NCBI GenBank assembly: GCA_964524135.1 | Contig: CAZGBZ010000001.1 | Coordinates: forward strand, 1-54,024 | Length of the DNA stretch: 54,024 nt | DNA from: an uncultured bacterium | GTDB lineage: Bacteria > Fidelibacterota > Marinisomatia > SCGC-AAA003-L08 > D37C17 | Direction of reading: 5' to 3' | Part shown: positions 19,300 through 29,624 of the stretch, in pieces | How positions within the stretch are numbered: the first letter of the stretch is position 1 | How the letters are laid out: each line of letters begins with the position of its first letter | Program-made: the position numbers and the translations under genes | The notes under the pieces: generated by a model | The model's database searches: none | The model's input: only the letters and a program-made list of their open reading frames with translations | What the model was told of the DNA's origin: nothing

Positions 19300-20184
19300 T
19301 TAATTCTTTACCACTTCTAATTGCTTTACCTGCTCATCAGCATGGTAGGATGATCTTACCAATGGTCCTGATTCTACCACTGCAAAACCCATTGTAAGAC
19401 CTTTATCCTTAAACATATCAAATGTATCAGGATGTACATATCTCTGAACAGGTAGATGATCGAAAGTAGGTTGTAAATATTGTCCCAAGTTAAATATGTC
19501 AATACCTAAATCTGCAGACTCCTGCATAGTTTCCAACACTTCAGAATCGGTCTCGCCTAATCCCACCATCATACCTGTTTTGGTTTTCAACCCCCATTCA
19601 ACAGAAGCCTTTAGGATAGAAAGTGATCTATTCCAATCGGATTGAGGCCGTACCTCTTTAGATATTCGCCGGACACATTCTACATTATGAGAAAATATAT
19701 CCGGGTTTGCCTGAAATACTTTTTCATAAGCTGGTGCATAATCTCGAAAATCCGGAGTTAATACCTCAATGGTACATTCCGGAGATTGAAGGCGAATTTG
19801 CTGAATAGTTTCAGCCCAAATTTTTGCTCCGTAATCACCTTTCAAATCATCCCTATCTACAGAAGTTATCACCACATGACGCAAATTCATAGCTTTAACC
19901 GTTTTGCTGGTACGGATTGGCTCAAGTGTATCTGTTGCTAATGGCTTACCTGTCTTCACCGAGCAGAAACCACAGGAGCGGGTACAGGTATCTCCCAATA
20001 TCATGATGGTGGCTGTCTGCCTTCCCCAGCATTCATAAATATTAGGGCAGCGGGCTTCTTCACAGACCGTATGAAGATTATTTTCCCGAATGAGTTTTTG
20101 GGTTTCCAAAAACTTCCCGGATGTGGAGAGTTTAATTTTCAACCAGTCCGGGCGGGTTCTCTTTTTTGTTAAAGTTTGTATCAT
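19300..20184 (-). CDS. lipA: Lipoyl synthase
   Basis: CEEARCPNIYEC, CTRSCGFC, RSSYHA. Confidence 0.97.
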   Translation of the reverse strand: MIQTLTKKRTRPDWLKIKLSTSGKFLETQKLIRENNLHTVCEEARCPNIYECWGRQTATIMILGDTCTRSCGFCSVKTGKPLATDTLEPIRTSKTVKAMNLRHVVITSVDRDDLKGDYGAKIWAETIQQIRLQSPECTIEVLTPDFRDYAPAYEKVFQANPDIFSHNVECVRRISKEVRPQSDWNRSLSILKASVEWGLKTKTGMMVGLGETDSEVLETMQESADLGIDIFNLGQYLQPTFDHLPVQRYVHPDTFDMFKDKGLTMGFAVVESGPLVRSSYHADEQVKQLEVVKN

Positions 20185-20199
20185 TTCAATATATTACTT

Positions 20200-20280
20200 T
20201 GGAGTGCATATACCAAGTTGATGCTTACCCTAAATGGGTGTAGATGTTGATGCATGGATTAACACGGTTAATCCACTCCA
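20200..20280. repeat. TGGAGTG-type REP-like inverted doublet
   Basis: TGGAGTGCAT...ATGC on the left; the right unit reads TGGAGTGGATTAAC-CGT-GTTAATCCA on the minus strand (perfect hairpin). Confidence 0.55.
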
Positions 20281-20283
20281 TAA

Positions 20284-21612
20284 TTAATTCTGAATTTTAT
20301 CACTATTATACTGTTCAATTACTTCTACCAATCGTGCCAGAAATTTGGTACCATAAGCACCATCAATAATTCTATGGTCATAACTCAGAGTTAAATAGAC
20401 CATACTTCGCACCACAATGGTATCTCCATATTCGGTTTCCTTTACAACAGGCCGCTTTTGAAAAGAACCAATTGAGAGTATTCCCACATTGGGCTGATTG
20501 ATAATGCCCATTCCAAACAGGCCGCCAAACACACCTGGGTTGGTAACGGTAAAGGTAGAGCCAAATATTTCATCGGGAGTTAGTTTATTTTCCCGTGCCC
20601 TACCGGCTAAATCAGAAACTGAACGTGCCAATCCCAGAAAGTTTTTCTCTTCAGACGAATGTATCACCGGCACTATGAGATTGTCATCCGGCAATGCAAC
20701 TGCCACACCCATATTGATATTGCGGTGGTGCACAATATTATCCCCATCTAAGGAAGCATTTATGAGTGGGAATTCCTGAATAACTCTAATACAAGCATCC
20801 AACAGCATGGGTGTATAGGTGAGATTGACTCCCGATTTGGCTTTAAAGTTTTCTTTATTTTCAGATCTGATATTCACCAAATTGGTTACATCTGCCTCAA
20901 CCACAGTATAGACATGAGCTGATGTCTGTAAAGACTGCAGCATGTGTTCTGCAATTCGTTTGCGCATTCGTGACATGGGCTCAACTTCATCCGACATTGC
21001 CAATTGTACAGGTTTTTGTGGTGTTGCTACTGGGGGAGTTGGCTGCACAATAGGTGCTTCGCCCATTACAGGTGCAATTTTATCACTTCGGCTGGCAATA
21101 AATTTCAGCATATCAGATTTATTCACCCGTCCATCTCTGCCAGACCCCTGAATTGAATCCAACTCAGATTGAGATATTCCTTCTTCCCTGGCAATAGATT
21201 TAACCAAGGGTGAGTAAAATCTTTTCTGAGATGAAATGGACTCATCTTTTTGAGTGGGAGCAGGAGGAATATCTGCTATTTGAGCTGTTTCTGGTTTTGT
21301 GGTGGGTTCCGGTTGAGGCTCAGGTGTTTCATCTGCAACATCTTCCGTTTTTTCTGGGGGGCTACCCACCTTTTCACCTATAGTACCAATTCTTGCAATG
21401 ACATCCCCCACTGGAATAGTATCATTCACCTGGGCAATAATCTCTACAACCGTACCAGTTGCTGGAGATGGTATTTCAGAATCCACCTTGTCCGTGGAAA
21501 TTTCTAATAAGGTCTCATCTTTATTAATACTCTCACCTACCTTTTTCTTCCATTCTAAAATGGTACCTTCAGTAATTGATTCACCCATTTTAGGCATCAC
21601 TACATCAAACAT
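20284..21612 (-). CDS. 2-oxoacid dehydrogenase E2, dihydrolipoamide acyltransferase
   Basis: Lipoyl domain STDKVDSE, E3-binding GSGRDGRV, catalytic DHRIIDG. Confidence 0.95.
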   Translation of the reverse strand: MFDVVMPKMGESITEGTILEWKKKVGESINKDETLLEISTDKVDSEIPSPATGTVVEIIAQVNDTIPVGDVIARIGTIGEKVGSPPEKTEDVADETPEPQPEPTTKPETAQIADIPPAPTQKDESISSQKRFYSPLVKSIAREEGISQSELDSIQGSGRDGRVNKSDMLKFIASRSDKIAPVMGEAPIVQPTPPVATPQKPVQLAMSDEVEPMSRMRKRIAEHMLQSLQTSAHVYTVVEADVTNLVNIRSENKENFKAKSGVNLTYTPMLLDACIRVIQEFPLINASLDGDNIVHHRNINMGVAVALPDDNLIVPVIHSSEEKNFLGLARSVSDLAGRARENKLTPDEIFGSTFTVTNPGVFGGLFGMGIINQPNVGILSIGSFQKRPVVKETEYGDTIVVRSMVYLTLSYDHRIIDGAYGTKFLARLVEVIEQYNSDKIQN

Positions 21613-21618
21613 TCTTCA

Positions 21619-22794
21619 TTACCCCATACTCATTTGAGATTTAAATTCGATATCAATTTTGCAGTCCGGATATTTGTTACTTAAATCCTCACTGCACTTT
21701 TTACTAAATTTTCCCTGCATATTAAATTCTACAGGTACTGGCACCTGAAACATGATGGATTCCACATGATGGTTTTTCACAATCCGTAAGTCCTGAATAG
21801 ATTCCTCTAAGCTAAATAATTTTTGATTTTCCAGAATAATATCCTTAATGACAGCAATTTCTTTTCCTTCCAGAGAGACCGGATCCACATGTGTTATGAC
21901 ATCTGCTTCTAACTCTTGAGATATTAATTTTTCCACTTTATCGGCAATTTCATGCATGCTTTCAGGACTTTTACCCTCTGCAATTTCTATATGCAGGGAA
22001 ATAAATCGATGGGCTCCATAACTGTGAACCACAATGTCATGTACATTGAAAACTTCTGGAACTTGGAGAGCAAAATCTTTAATTATTTTTATTGTATTTG
22101 CATCTACCGGCTTTCCCAGTAGATCATCAATGGCTGACCGGGCAATGGTATAAGCGGATTGAATCATCATTATTGCCACACCCAAGCCCATAATGGCATC
22201 CGTTTTAGGATACCCCAACCAGGCTCCTCCAAATGCTGATAAAACCAATACCGATGACCACATATCACTGCGATGATGAATGGCATCGGCAATGAGAGTG
22301 CTGGAATTAATTCTGTCCCCTAAATTATAACTTAACCGCGCTAACACTTCTTTGAGGATTATGGTAATCAATACCACCAAAATAACAGCCCAACTCATCT
22401 CAATCGCAGCTGGATTCATAAACCGGGTAAAACTGGTTTTTATAAATTCAATTCCGGTAAATCCAACTAAAATTGAGATGGTAAGCGCTGCAATGGTCTC
22501 TGCCCTGCCATGACCAAAAGGATGTTCTTTGTCCGCCGGCTTGGAAGCCATCTTAAAACCAAAAACCACCACCGCGCTGCTGGCCATATCTGAGAGTGTA
22601 TGAAAGGCATCAGCAATGAGTGCTATACTATTGGACAGAAATCCAAAAATTAATTTTAAACCAAACAGGAAAAAATTAGCGCAAATTGAAATCCACCCCT
22701 GAGCGATGCCAATATTACCCCTGAATTTTGGCAATTCTGGATTTTCACCAACTGGCACCTGTTTGCGAATGATATATTCAGCCAATGCTGTCAT
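21619..22794 (-). CDS. Cation diffusion facilitator (CDF) family transporter
   Basis: ALIADAFHTLSD, PADKEHPFGHGRAE, ADAIHHRSD, HVDP. Confidence 0.93.
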   Translation of the reverse strand: MTALAEYIIRKQVPVGENPELPKFRGNIGIAQGWISICANFFLFGLKLIFGFLSNSIALIADAFHTLSDMASSAVVVFGFKMASKPADKEHPFGHGRAETIAALTISILVGFTGIEFIKTSFTRFMNPAAIEMSWAVILVVLITIILKEVLARLSYNLGDRINSSTLIADAIHHRSDMWSSVLVLSAFGGAWLGYPKTDAIMGLGVAIMMIQSAYTIARSAIDDLLGKPVDANTIKIIKDFALQVPEVFNVHDIVVHSYGAHRFISLHIEIAEGKSPESMHEIADKVEKLISQELEADVITHVDPVSLEGKEIAVIKDIILENQKLFSLEESIQDLRIVKNHHVESIMFQVPVPVEFNMQGKFSKKCSEDLSNKYPDCKIDIEFKSQMSMG

Positions 22795-22795
22795 A

Positions 22796-24793
22796 CTAAA
22801 ATTCCACGATCTCCTTCAGGGCACCTTCAATCCAGGAGGTTTGAACCAATAGTTCATTTTCCAGAACTGCTGCATAGGCGACTGGCGAGTCTTTTGAAGC
22901 CACTCGTTTTATGGGAGCATCCAGATATTTGAACCCTTCATCGCTAATTCGAGCGGAAATCTCAGCGCCAAAACCATTGGTCAGATTATCTTCATGAGCT
23001 ACAATTGCACGATTGGTTTTTTGCAGAGATGTTAAAATGGTTTCCATGTCCAAGGGATTTAAGGTTCGCAGATCAATAATTTCTACGGATAGTCCCGTAT
23101 TACGGGCAGCTTCAATTGATTTTTGAACAATGGCTCCCCAGGTAATAATTGTGACATCGTTGCCTTCCTGAACAATACGGGCTTTCCCAAATGGTAGAAG
23201 GTAATTTTTGTCCGGTTCCGGAGATGCAGCAAAACCTTGTCGATATAAGCCCTTATGTTCCATAAACATGACCGGATCATCCATCCGACAAGCCATTTTC
23301 AGCAGGCCCTTGGCATCCGCCGCATTGGACGGATAGGCAATGTAAATTCCTGGCAGATGGGTGAAATATCCATCGATGCATTGACTATGGCAGAGGGAGC
23401 CATGAATGTATCCCCCAACTGGTACACGCATGACAATAGGGCTGCTCCACTTCCCATTTGATCGATAGCACATGGTGGCAACTTCATTTCGAATCTGCAT
23501 CATACTGTACCAAATATAATCGCCAAATTGGATTTCAATCACTGGCTTATACCCCAGAGTTGCCAACCCAATGGCTGTCCCAATTATTGATGATTCTGCT
23601 AAAGGTGAATTAAATACTCTGTCAACTCCATGCTTATCTGTAAGTCCTCGAGTAGCAGTAAATACACCTCCCTTTCCTCCCGCAACATCCTGACCATAAA
23701 TCATCATTTTATTATTATTGGTGAGCTCTTCGTCTAGGGCATGATTAATGGCATCCACCAATACAATTTTTTCACCGGAATTTGGTGCTGGCTCAGGTAA
23801 ATCATTGGAAACTACGCTATGGTATACATTACTCAGGCTGTCATGTGAATCGGGATCTGGTTGTGTTTCAGCCCATTCTGCATCTGCATCCACTTGGGAT
23901 TTCACCATATCCCGTATTTTATCAAAATCTTCCTGTTTTGCAATACCCTCCTCAACACAAGTTTTGGCAAAGGTAAGTAGGGGATCCCGTTTTCGGTCTG
24001 CCTCTAAATCTTTTTCAGGTCGGTATTTCCGCTGATCATCTGATGAAGAGTGAGGCAATAAGCGCACTACATCAGATTGAATTAGTGAGGGTCCCTTTCC
24101 TTTACGAGCCCGTTCTACGGCTTTTTTAAAGGCGAGATGGGTTTCGAAAAAATCGGTTCCATCCACATTAAAACGAGCCAAGTTATCATATCCAGCGCAT
24201 ATTTTATATACGGACCCACCAGCGGTTTGATCTTCTATTGGAACGGAAATAGCATAGCCATTATTTTCAATATGAAAAATTACGGGAGATTTATCTCTAC
24301 TGGCCCAATTCAATGCTTCATGGAAATCGCCCTGACTGGATGTACCTTCCCCTGAGCTTACATAAGCTACACCATTTTCTCCATTTCTTTGAAGGGCAAA
24401 GCCAGCACCCACAGCTTGGAGAAATTGGGTGCCTGTTGGGCTTGATTGACTCACAATATTTAATTCCTCATGACCATAATGCTGAGGCATTTGCCGACCA
24501 CCTGAACTTGGATCAGCCTCCTTAGCCAGAAATGCCAGTAAATGCTCCCGGCTGGTCATACCCCAACCTAAGCAAAACGCTTGCTCACGATAATAAGGGT
24601 AGGCATAGTCTGACCCCGGTTTAAACGATAATGCAGCAGCCATACCCGCAGCTTCGTGACCTGAACCGCCAATATGGAAAAAGCCTTTTCCCTGCTTCAA
24701 TAAAATTAATTGTTTATCATCCAAATAACGTGATAATGCCATTTTCTCATAAATGTCCAATAATTGTTTTTTGGTAAATCCCTTAAACTTCAT
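22796..24793 (-). CDS. Fused alpha/beta E1 component of a 2-oxoacid dehydrogenase (probably branched-chain)
   Basis: GRQMPQHY, GEGTSSQGDFHEALN...NN (TPP motif), HSSSDD; beta half AESSIIG, EIQFGDY, HSQ. Confidence 0.93.
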   Translation of the reverse strand: MKFKGFTKKQLLDIYEKMALSRYLDDKQLILLKQGKGFFHIGGSGHEAAGMAAALSFKPGSDYAYPYYREQAFCLGWGMTSREHLLAFLAKEADPSSGGRQMPQHYGHEELNIVSQSSPTGTQFLQAVGAGFALQRNGENGVAYVSSGEGTSSQGDFHEALNWASRDKSPVIFHIENNGYAISVPIEDQTAGGSVYKICAGYDNLARFNVDGTDFFETHLAFKKAVERARKGKGPSLIQSDVVRLLPHSSSDDQRKYRPEKDLEADRKRDPLLTFAKTCVEEGIAKQEDFDKIRDMVKSQVDADAEWAETQPDPDSHDSLSNVYHSVVSNDLPEPAPNSGEKIVLVDAINHALDEELTNNNKMMIYGQDVAGGKGGVFTATRGLTDKHGVDRVFNSPLAESSIIGTAIGLATLGYKPVIEIQFGDYIWYSMMQIRNEVATMCYRSNGKWSSPIVMRVPVGGYIHGSLCHSQCIDGYFTHLPGIYIAYPSNAADAKGLLKMACRMDDPVMFMEHKGLYRQGFAASPEPDKNYLLPFGKARIVQEGNDVTIITWGAIVQKSIEAARNTGLSVEIIDLRTLNPLDMETILTSLQKTNRAIVAHEDNLTNGFGAEISARISDEGFKYLDAPIKRVASKDSPVAYAAVLENELLVQTSWIEGALKEIVEF

Positions 24794-25496
24794 TTGTATC
24801 CTTTGAGAGAAAATAATTAAATGATTTCATAATTTTAGTCCGAATGTCACAACTATCAAACTGAATATCCAAATCCTCTAATGAGGTGACACCATATTCA
24901 AAAATACCACAGGGTATCATGCCATCAAAATAGGTCATATCGGGATTTAAGTTCAGGGCAAACCCGTGCATGGTGACCCATTTGGAAAGGCGTACTCCCA
25001 TGGCACAAATTTTGTCATCATCCACCCACACTCCGGTAAGTCCTTCTTTTTGCCCTGAATCAATTCCATAAGATTTCAAGCAGTCTATAACCACATTTTC
25101 CAGCAACCGCATATACCATGAAACGGACATTTTATAGTCGTGCAAATCAATAATGGGATAACAGACCAATTGCCCCTGGCCATGAAAGGTCACTTCACCG
25201 CCTCTGTCAATTTGTACTACCTCTGCATCTCTCGGTTTAGAATCTAATAAATTATTGAGGTCTGCATTTTTCCCAAATGTATAAACGGGATCATGCTCCA
25301 CAAACAATATGACATCTGGAATGTCCCCTACCACCCGATTGGCATGGAGTTGTTTTTGCAGTTCCCATACAGGCTGATAAGGCTGTCTGCCCAGCCAAAA
25401 ATATTGATTTTTATCTTCTGAGGAAAGAAATTCCCAAATGGAATCTGGTGTATCCAAAGTAATTAGTTTAGGCTCTGTTTCTACTATTGGGCTCAT
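24783..25496 (-). CDS. lipB: Lipoyl(octanoyl) transferase
   Basis: EHDPVYTFG, RGGEVTFHG, KICAMG, HGFALN, PCG. Confidence 0.95.
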   Translation of the reverse strand: MSPIVETEPKLITLDTPDSIWEFLSSEDKNQYFWLGRQPYQPVWELQKQLHANRVVGDIPDVILFVEHDPVYTFGKNADLNNLLDSKPRDAEVVQIDRGGEVTFHGQGQLVCYPIIDLHDYKMSVSWYMRLLENVVIDCLKSYGIDSGQKEGLTGVWVDDDKICAMGVRLSKWVTMHGFALNLNPDMTYFDGMIPCGIFEYGVTSLEDLDIQFDSCDIRTKIMKSFNYFLSKDTNEV

Positions 25497-25514
25497 TTTA
25501 ATTTTCCAATTTCA

Positions 25515-26894
25515 TCAAATATGCACAGCCTCCCCCAATGCATCCGCGGTGGCTTCCATAATGGCTTCTGATAGGGTTGGATGGGGATGTATGGTCTTCA
25601 ATACTTCATGGTGGGTTGTTTCAAGATTTCTTGCAATGACAGCCTCTGTAATAAGGTTTGTGGCTTCTGCCCCAATGATATGGCACCCCAGCATTTCCCC
25701 ATATTTGGCATCGTAGATAACTTTTACAAATCCATCGGTGTCTCCTACAGCCATGGATTTTCCCAATCCCCTAAAAGGGAATTTACCAATTTTAACTTCG
25801 TAGCCCTTTTCTTTGGCTGCTTTTTCAGTAAGTCCCACTGACGCCACTTCCGGATGGCAATAGGTGCAACCGGGGATATTATCATATTTCATGGGCTCCG
25901 GATTCAGTCCGGCTATATGCTCAGCAGCTATGATGCCTTCAGTTGAAGCTTTATGCGCCAGCCAAGGGGGACCTGCCGCATCACCGATGGCATACACATT
26001 GGGCTGAGAGGTCTGCAGGTATTCATTGACCTTTATCCAGCCTTTGTCAACCGCAATGCTGCAATCTTCAATTCCCAAGTCTTCAATATTGCCCTGAACG
26101 CCTACAGCAATGAGGGCTTTTTCAGCTTCTATGATATCACCACCCTTTAAGTGAACTTTCACCTTAGATTTTATTTTTTCAATTTTATCTACCATGGTAT
26201 TGGTGAGAATATTCATTTTACGTTTTTTAAATAATTTTCCTAGTTCTACAGAAATATCCTCATCTTCCACTGGCAGTATATAGGGGAGGGCTTCGATAAG
26301 GGTTACCTCTGTTCCAAAAGTCTGGTAAAAGTGGGCAAACTCTACTCCAATGGCACCGGCTCCAATAATAACCAGTGACTTGGGCTGCTTTTCGGGAATC
26401 ATAGCCTCTTTATAGGTAATTATCTGTTTGCTATCTGGCTCCATCCCTGGAAAATATTTGGCTCGCGCCCCGGTGGCAATTATGATATTGTCAGCCGAAA
26501 GTTCAGATATTTTCCCATCCTCATCAGTGGTTTCGACCTTACCATTCCCTAACAGTTTTCCACGAGCAGGAATATAGTCAATTTTATTTTTCTTAATGAG
26601 AAATTCAATCCCCTTGGAAAGCCGCTTTGCCACATCCCGAGATCTCTTTATCATTTTCTCCCAATTAACGGTAACGTCTCCTGATTCGATCCCATATTTC
26701 TTTGCATTTTTTACAAGTTCAAATACTTCTGCATTTTTCAGAAGCGCTTTTGTAGGAATACAGCCCCAATTAAGACAGATTCCCCCTAAGTGATTTGCTT
26801 CTACAATAGCCACCTTCTTTCCTAATTGAGCAGCTCGAATAGCAGCTACATAGCCACCGGGTCCGCCGCCTATTATGATTAAATCGTGTTTCAC
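25515..26894 (-). CDS. lpdA: Dihydrolipoyl dehydrogenase (E3)
   Basis: GGGPGG, GGICLNWGCIP, HPHPTLSE. Confidence 0.97.
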   Translation of the reverse strand: MKHDLIIIGGGPGGYVAAIRAAQLGKKVAIVEANHLGGICLNWGCIPTKALLKNAEVFELVKNAKKYGIESGDVTVNWEKMIKRSRDVAKRLSKGIEFLIKKNKIDYIPARGKLLGNGKVETTDEDGKISELSADNIIIATGARAKYFPGMEPDSKQIITYKEAMIPEKQPKSLVIIGAGAIGVEFAHFYQTFGTEVTLIEALPYILPVEDEDISVELGKLFKKRKMNILTNTMVDKIEKIKSKVKVHLKGGDIIEAEKALIAVGVQGNIEDLGIEDCSIAVDKGWIKVNEYLQTSQPNVYAIGDAAGPPWLAHKASTEGIIAAEHIAGLNPEPMKYDNIPGCTYCHPEVASVGLTEKAAKEKGYEVKIGKFPFRGLGKSMAVGDTDGFVKVIYDAKYGEMLGCHIIGAEATNLITEAVIARNLETTHHEVLKTIHPHPTLSEAIMEATADALGEAVHI

Positions 26895-26986
26895 AATTGA
26901 AGATTTAAGTTTGAATAATTAAAATGGTACAAATTTAGATTAAATTTTATTATTGCTTTCAACTTTTAAGTTTCTAATTTCCGTCT

Positions 26987-27559
26987 TCACTTCCTCAACG
27001 AAATTATTTTTAAAAATTCATCCCGGGTTTTGGAATCTTTTCTGAATTGCCCAATCATTGAGGAGGTAGTGGCGTAGGAATTTTGTTTTTCTACTCCTCT
27101 CATTTGCATACACATATGTTGCCCTTCCAATACTACTGCAACTCCTTTAGGTGATAAAACCTCATTTAAAGTGTCGGCAATTTGGTGGGTCATCCTTTCC
27201 TGAACTTGAAGTCTTCGTCCAAACATGTCAACTATTCGAGGAATTTTGGAAAGTCCAATAATTTTTCCATTGGGGATATATGACACATGAGCCTTTCCAA
27301 AAAATGGAAGCAAATGGTGTTCACATAGGCTGAAGAAATCAATATCCTTAACGGTAACCATTTCATCATATTCTTCAGTAAATACAGCATCGTTAATGAC
27401 GGATTCCAAATTTTGCTTATATCCATTAGCTAAGAATTGCCAAGCTTTTGCAACCCGTTCAGGAGTTTTTACTAATCCTTCTCTTTTGGGGTCTTCCCCA
27501 ATTTCTATTAGTAAATCTTCTATCAGTCTTTCGATTTTTGATGCATTGTTTTTGGTCAT
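26987..27559 (-). CDS. folE: GTP cyclohydrolase I
   Basis: TPERV, CEHH, GLSK, RRLQVQE, HMC. Confidence 0.97.
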   Translation of the reverse strand: MTKNNASKIERLIEDLLIEIGEDPKREGLVKTPERVAKAWQFLANGYKQNLESVINDAVFTEEYDEMVTVKDIDFFSLCEHHLLPFFGKAHVSYIPNGKIIGLSKIPRIVDMFGRRLQVQERMTHQIADTLNEVLSPKGVAVVLEGQHMCMQMRGVEKQNSYATTSSMIGQFRKDSKTRDEFLKIISLRK

Positions 27560-27969
27560 TATGGTTTTGGTCCGTAATATTTTGTTGAAATAGTTGGAGT
27601 TTCCTGTAGTTTTATTGAATGTAGTTTGGCAGGTAATGGAATTTGATCAGCCAACTTTTTCCAAATAAAAATCACCATATTTTCCGTAGAAGGCTGACGA
27701 TTTTCAAACCAGTCAATATCTTTTTCAATTTGGCTATGATCCATTATTGAAATCACATTTTCATGAACAATTTTGTTTAACTTTTGTAAATTAACAATAA
27801 ATCCTGAATCATTATTTATTTCCCCTGAAATGGTTATATCTAAACTATAATTATGACCATGTAAATAAATATCGTCACCAAATATTTCATAATTTTCTGC
27901 TTCATTCCAGCGGTTATTCCAATAACGATGGGCAGCACAGAATTTATATTGTTTAGTTATATATGGCAT
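27559..27969 (-). CDS. queD: 6-pyruvoyl-tetrahydropterin synthase/QueD-family protein (canonical Cys absent, so the exact activity is uncertain)
   Basis: AAHR, HGHNY, DH, STEN, ET motifs; translationally coupled to folE. Confidence 0.7.
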   Translation of the reverse strand: MPYITKQYKFCAAHRYWNNRWNEAENYEIFGDDIYLHGHNYSLDITISGEINNDSGFIVNLQKLNKIVHENVISIMDHSQIEKDIDWFENRQPSTENMVIFIWKKLADQIPLPAKLHSIKLQETPTISTKYYGPKP

Positions 27970-28079
27970 GTCAATAATTCTTGGTGAAATCTGTGTTTTT
28001 AATTGTATTCTGCAAATATTAACAGAATATAAAATTTACAGGTTCTATATGAATTTAGCCAATGAGAGTTTGTTGAATT

Positions 28080-28265
28080 TTACTTGAAATAATAGCCCAT
28101 TATCACCCACCCAAGAAATATTCCCACAATCCCCATTATTCCGATTATATTATCTGGAGACGGAGGTTTTAAGCCAAAGATGGCAAAAATAACGCCTACA
28201 ATTACACCCAATCCACAGGACTGCAATGCAAGGTATAGCTCGGTTTTACTGAATAATTGATCCAT
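28080..28265 (-). CDS. XapX/DUF1427-like small membrane protein
   Basis: GVIVGVIF...PPSP...GIVGIFLG pattern. Confidence 0.65.
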   Translation of the reverse strand: MDQLFSKTELYLALQSCGLGVIVGVIFAIFGLKPPSPDNIIGIMGIVGIFLGWVIMGYYFK

Positions 28266-28920
28266 TTTTAGTTTCTCCTAATTTTGATGGGCACCAATTG
28301 GATATCACACAAATATTACATTTTGGTCTATTTGCAATGCATACCGCTCTTCCATGGTCTATGAGAAGATGTGCGAAAAGTGTCCAGTCATTTTTATTTA
28401 TTAATTTTGATAATTCAGATTCTATTTTTACTGCATTTTTAGTTTTTACAAATTTTAATAGATTCGTTATACGGGTAACATGCGTATCTACCACGATAGA
28501 AGGGATGCCCTGAATATTACCCAATACTACATTGGCTGTTTTTCGCCCTACTCCTGGAAGTTTTACCATCTCATCCAGAGTGCTGGGTAAATTGCCAGCA
28601 TGGTCATTTACAACAGACTCTGCCATTGCCTTAATAGATTTTGCTTTATTATTGTAAAATCCAGTACTATAAATCTCTTTCTTGATAGTTTCTAAAGGGA
28701 GATTCACAAAATCTTTAGGAGTTGGAAATTTAGCAAATAATCCCTTTGTCACCTTATTCACTCGTTCATCGGTACATTGGGCAGATAAAATTGTAGCGGT
28801 CAATAATTGAAAAGGGGATTCGTATTGAAGAGAACATTTTGAGTCAGGATATTCCTTTTTCAAATTGGAAACAATATTTTCCATTCGAATTTTCTTTTTA
28901 GTTAGAGATTCACCCGGCAT
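28246..28920 (-). CDS. nth: Endonuclease III
   Basis: LSAQCTD, LPGVGRKTA, VDTH, Cx6Cx2Cx5C. Confidence 0.96.
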   Translation of the reverse strand: MPGESLTKKKIRMENIVSNLKKEYPDSKCSLQYESPFQLLTATILSAQCTDERVNKVTKGLFAKFPTPKDFVNLPLETIKKEIYSTGFYNNKAKSIKAMAESVVNDHAGNLPSTLDEMVKLPGVGRKTANVVLGNIQGIPSIVVDTHVTRITNLLKFVKTKNAVKIESELSKLINKNDWTLFAHLLIDHGRAVCIANRPKCNICVISNWCPSKLGETKNGSIIQ

Positions 28921-29257
28921 TATTAATTTTTTTCAATATTGATTCTAAATTTTTTAGCAATTTATTGCGTCTTAAGACCATATCACATCCAAATGCTTTA
29001 AAATATTTTACCTGACCTCCATCAATTGTTTGAGTGTAACCTAAAATAAAAAAACTGTTATTATTTTGTAAATCTTGAATCTGCTTCAAATCTTTTTCAT
29101 TAATATCTCTCAAATCAACAATTATCAAAATTTGATCCTCAGGTTTTGGCAATTCTACAAGGCTTTCACAGAAAATGAGCTGATAGGAGTAGGTGGTAGA
29201 AAGCTTGGCAAGGCGGGCACTCATTTGCCAATCTTCCATCCATACGAAAATCGTCAT
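28910..29257 (-). CDS. Hypothetical protein, degenerate receiver-like fold
   Basis: IIVDL strand, ILGY, AFGCD pattern; sits in a tightly packed operon. Confidence 0.55.
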   Translation of the reverse strand: MTIFVWMEDWQMSARLAKLSTTYSYQLIFCESLVELPKPEDQILIIVDLRDINEKDLKQIQDLQNNNSFFILGYTQTIDGGQVKYFKAFGCDMVLRRNKLLKNLESILKKINNAG

Positions 29258-29258
29258 T

Positions 29259-29624
29259 TTATTTATGTGATACTTTAAGTGTTATAATATAACTATCAGT
29301 AATAACTGACGTATCAATAATTTTATTAAAATAATTCTGCACCGTAAATATTTGCTTTTTCAGACTCTGAATATCCATCCCTCTTTCATTTTCATAGGGT
29401 TCAAATTTAGTGAGACATTTTTTCATCATGCTTCTGGCGCCATTTAAATTTTTATTAAAAAAATGGAAATAACTTACTGCCAACTGTATTAATCCCTGAA
29501 TGAATTTCGCATCATCTAATTTATAATTAAGCCATAATTCCTCCCAATATTCGTGGGCATCATAAAACTGTCTATTATTGAATGCAGTTATACCCTGATT
29601 AAATAATTGGTCTTCTTTAGTCAA
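29259..29624 (-). CDS. DUF309-family protein
   Basis: FNNRQFYDAHEYWEELW, QGLIQLAV. Confidence 0.85.
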   Translation of the reverse strand: MTKEDQLFNQGITAFNNRQFYDAHEYWEELWLNYKLDDAKFIQGLIQLAVSYFHFFNKNLNGARSMMKKCLTKFEPYENERGMDIQSLKKQIFTVQNYFNKIIDTSVITDSYIITLKVSHK

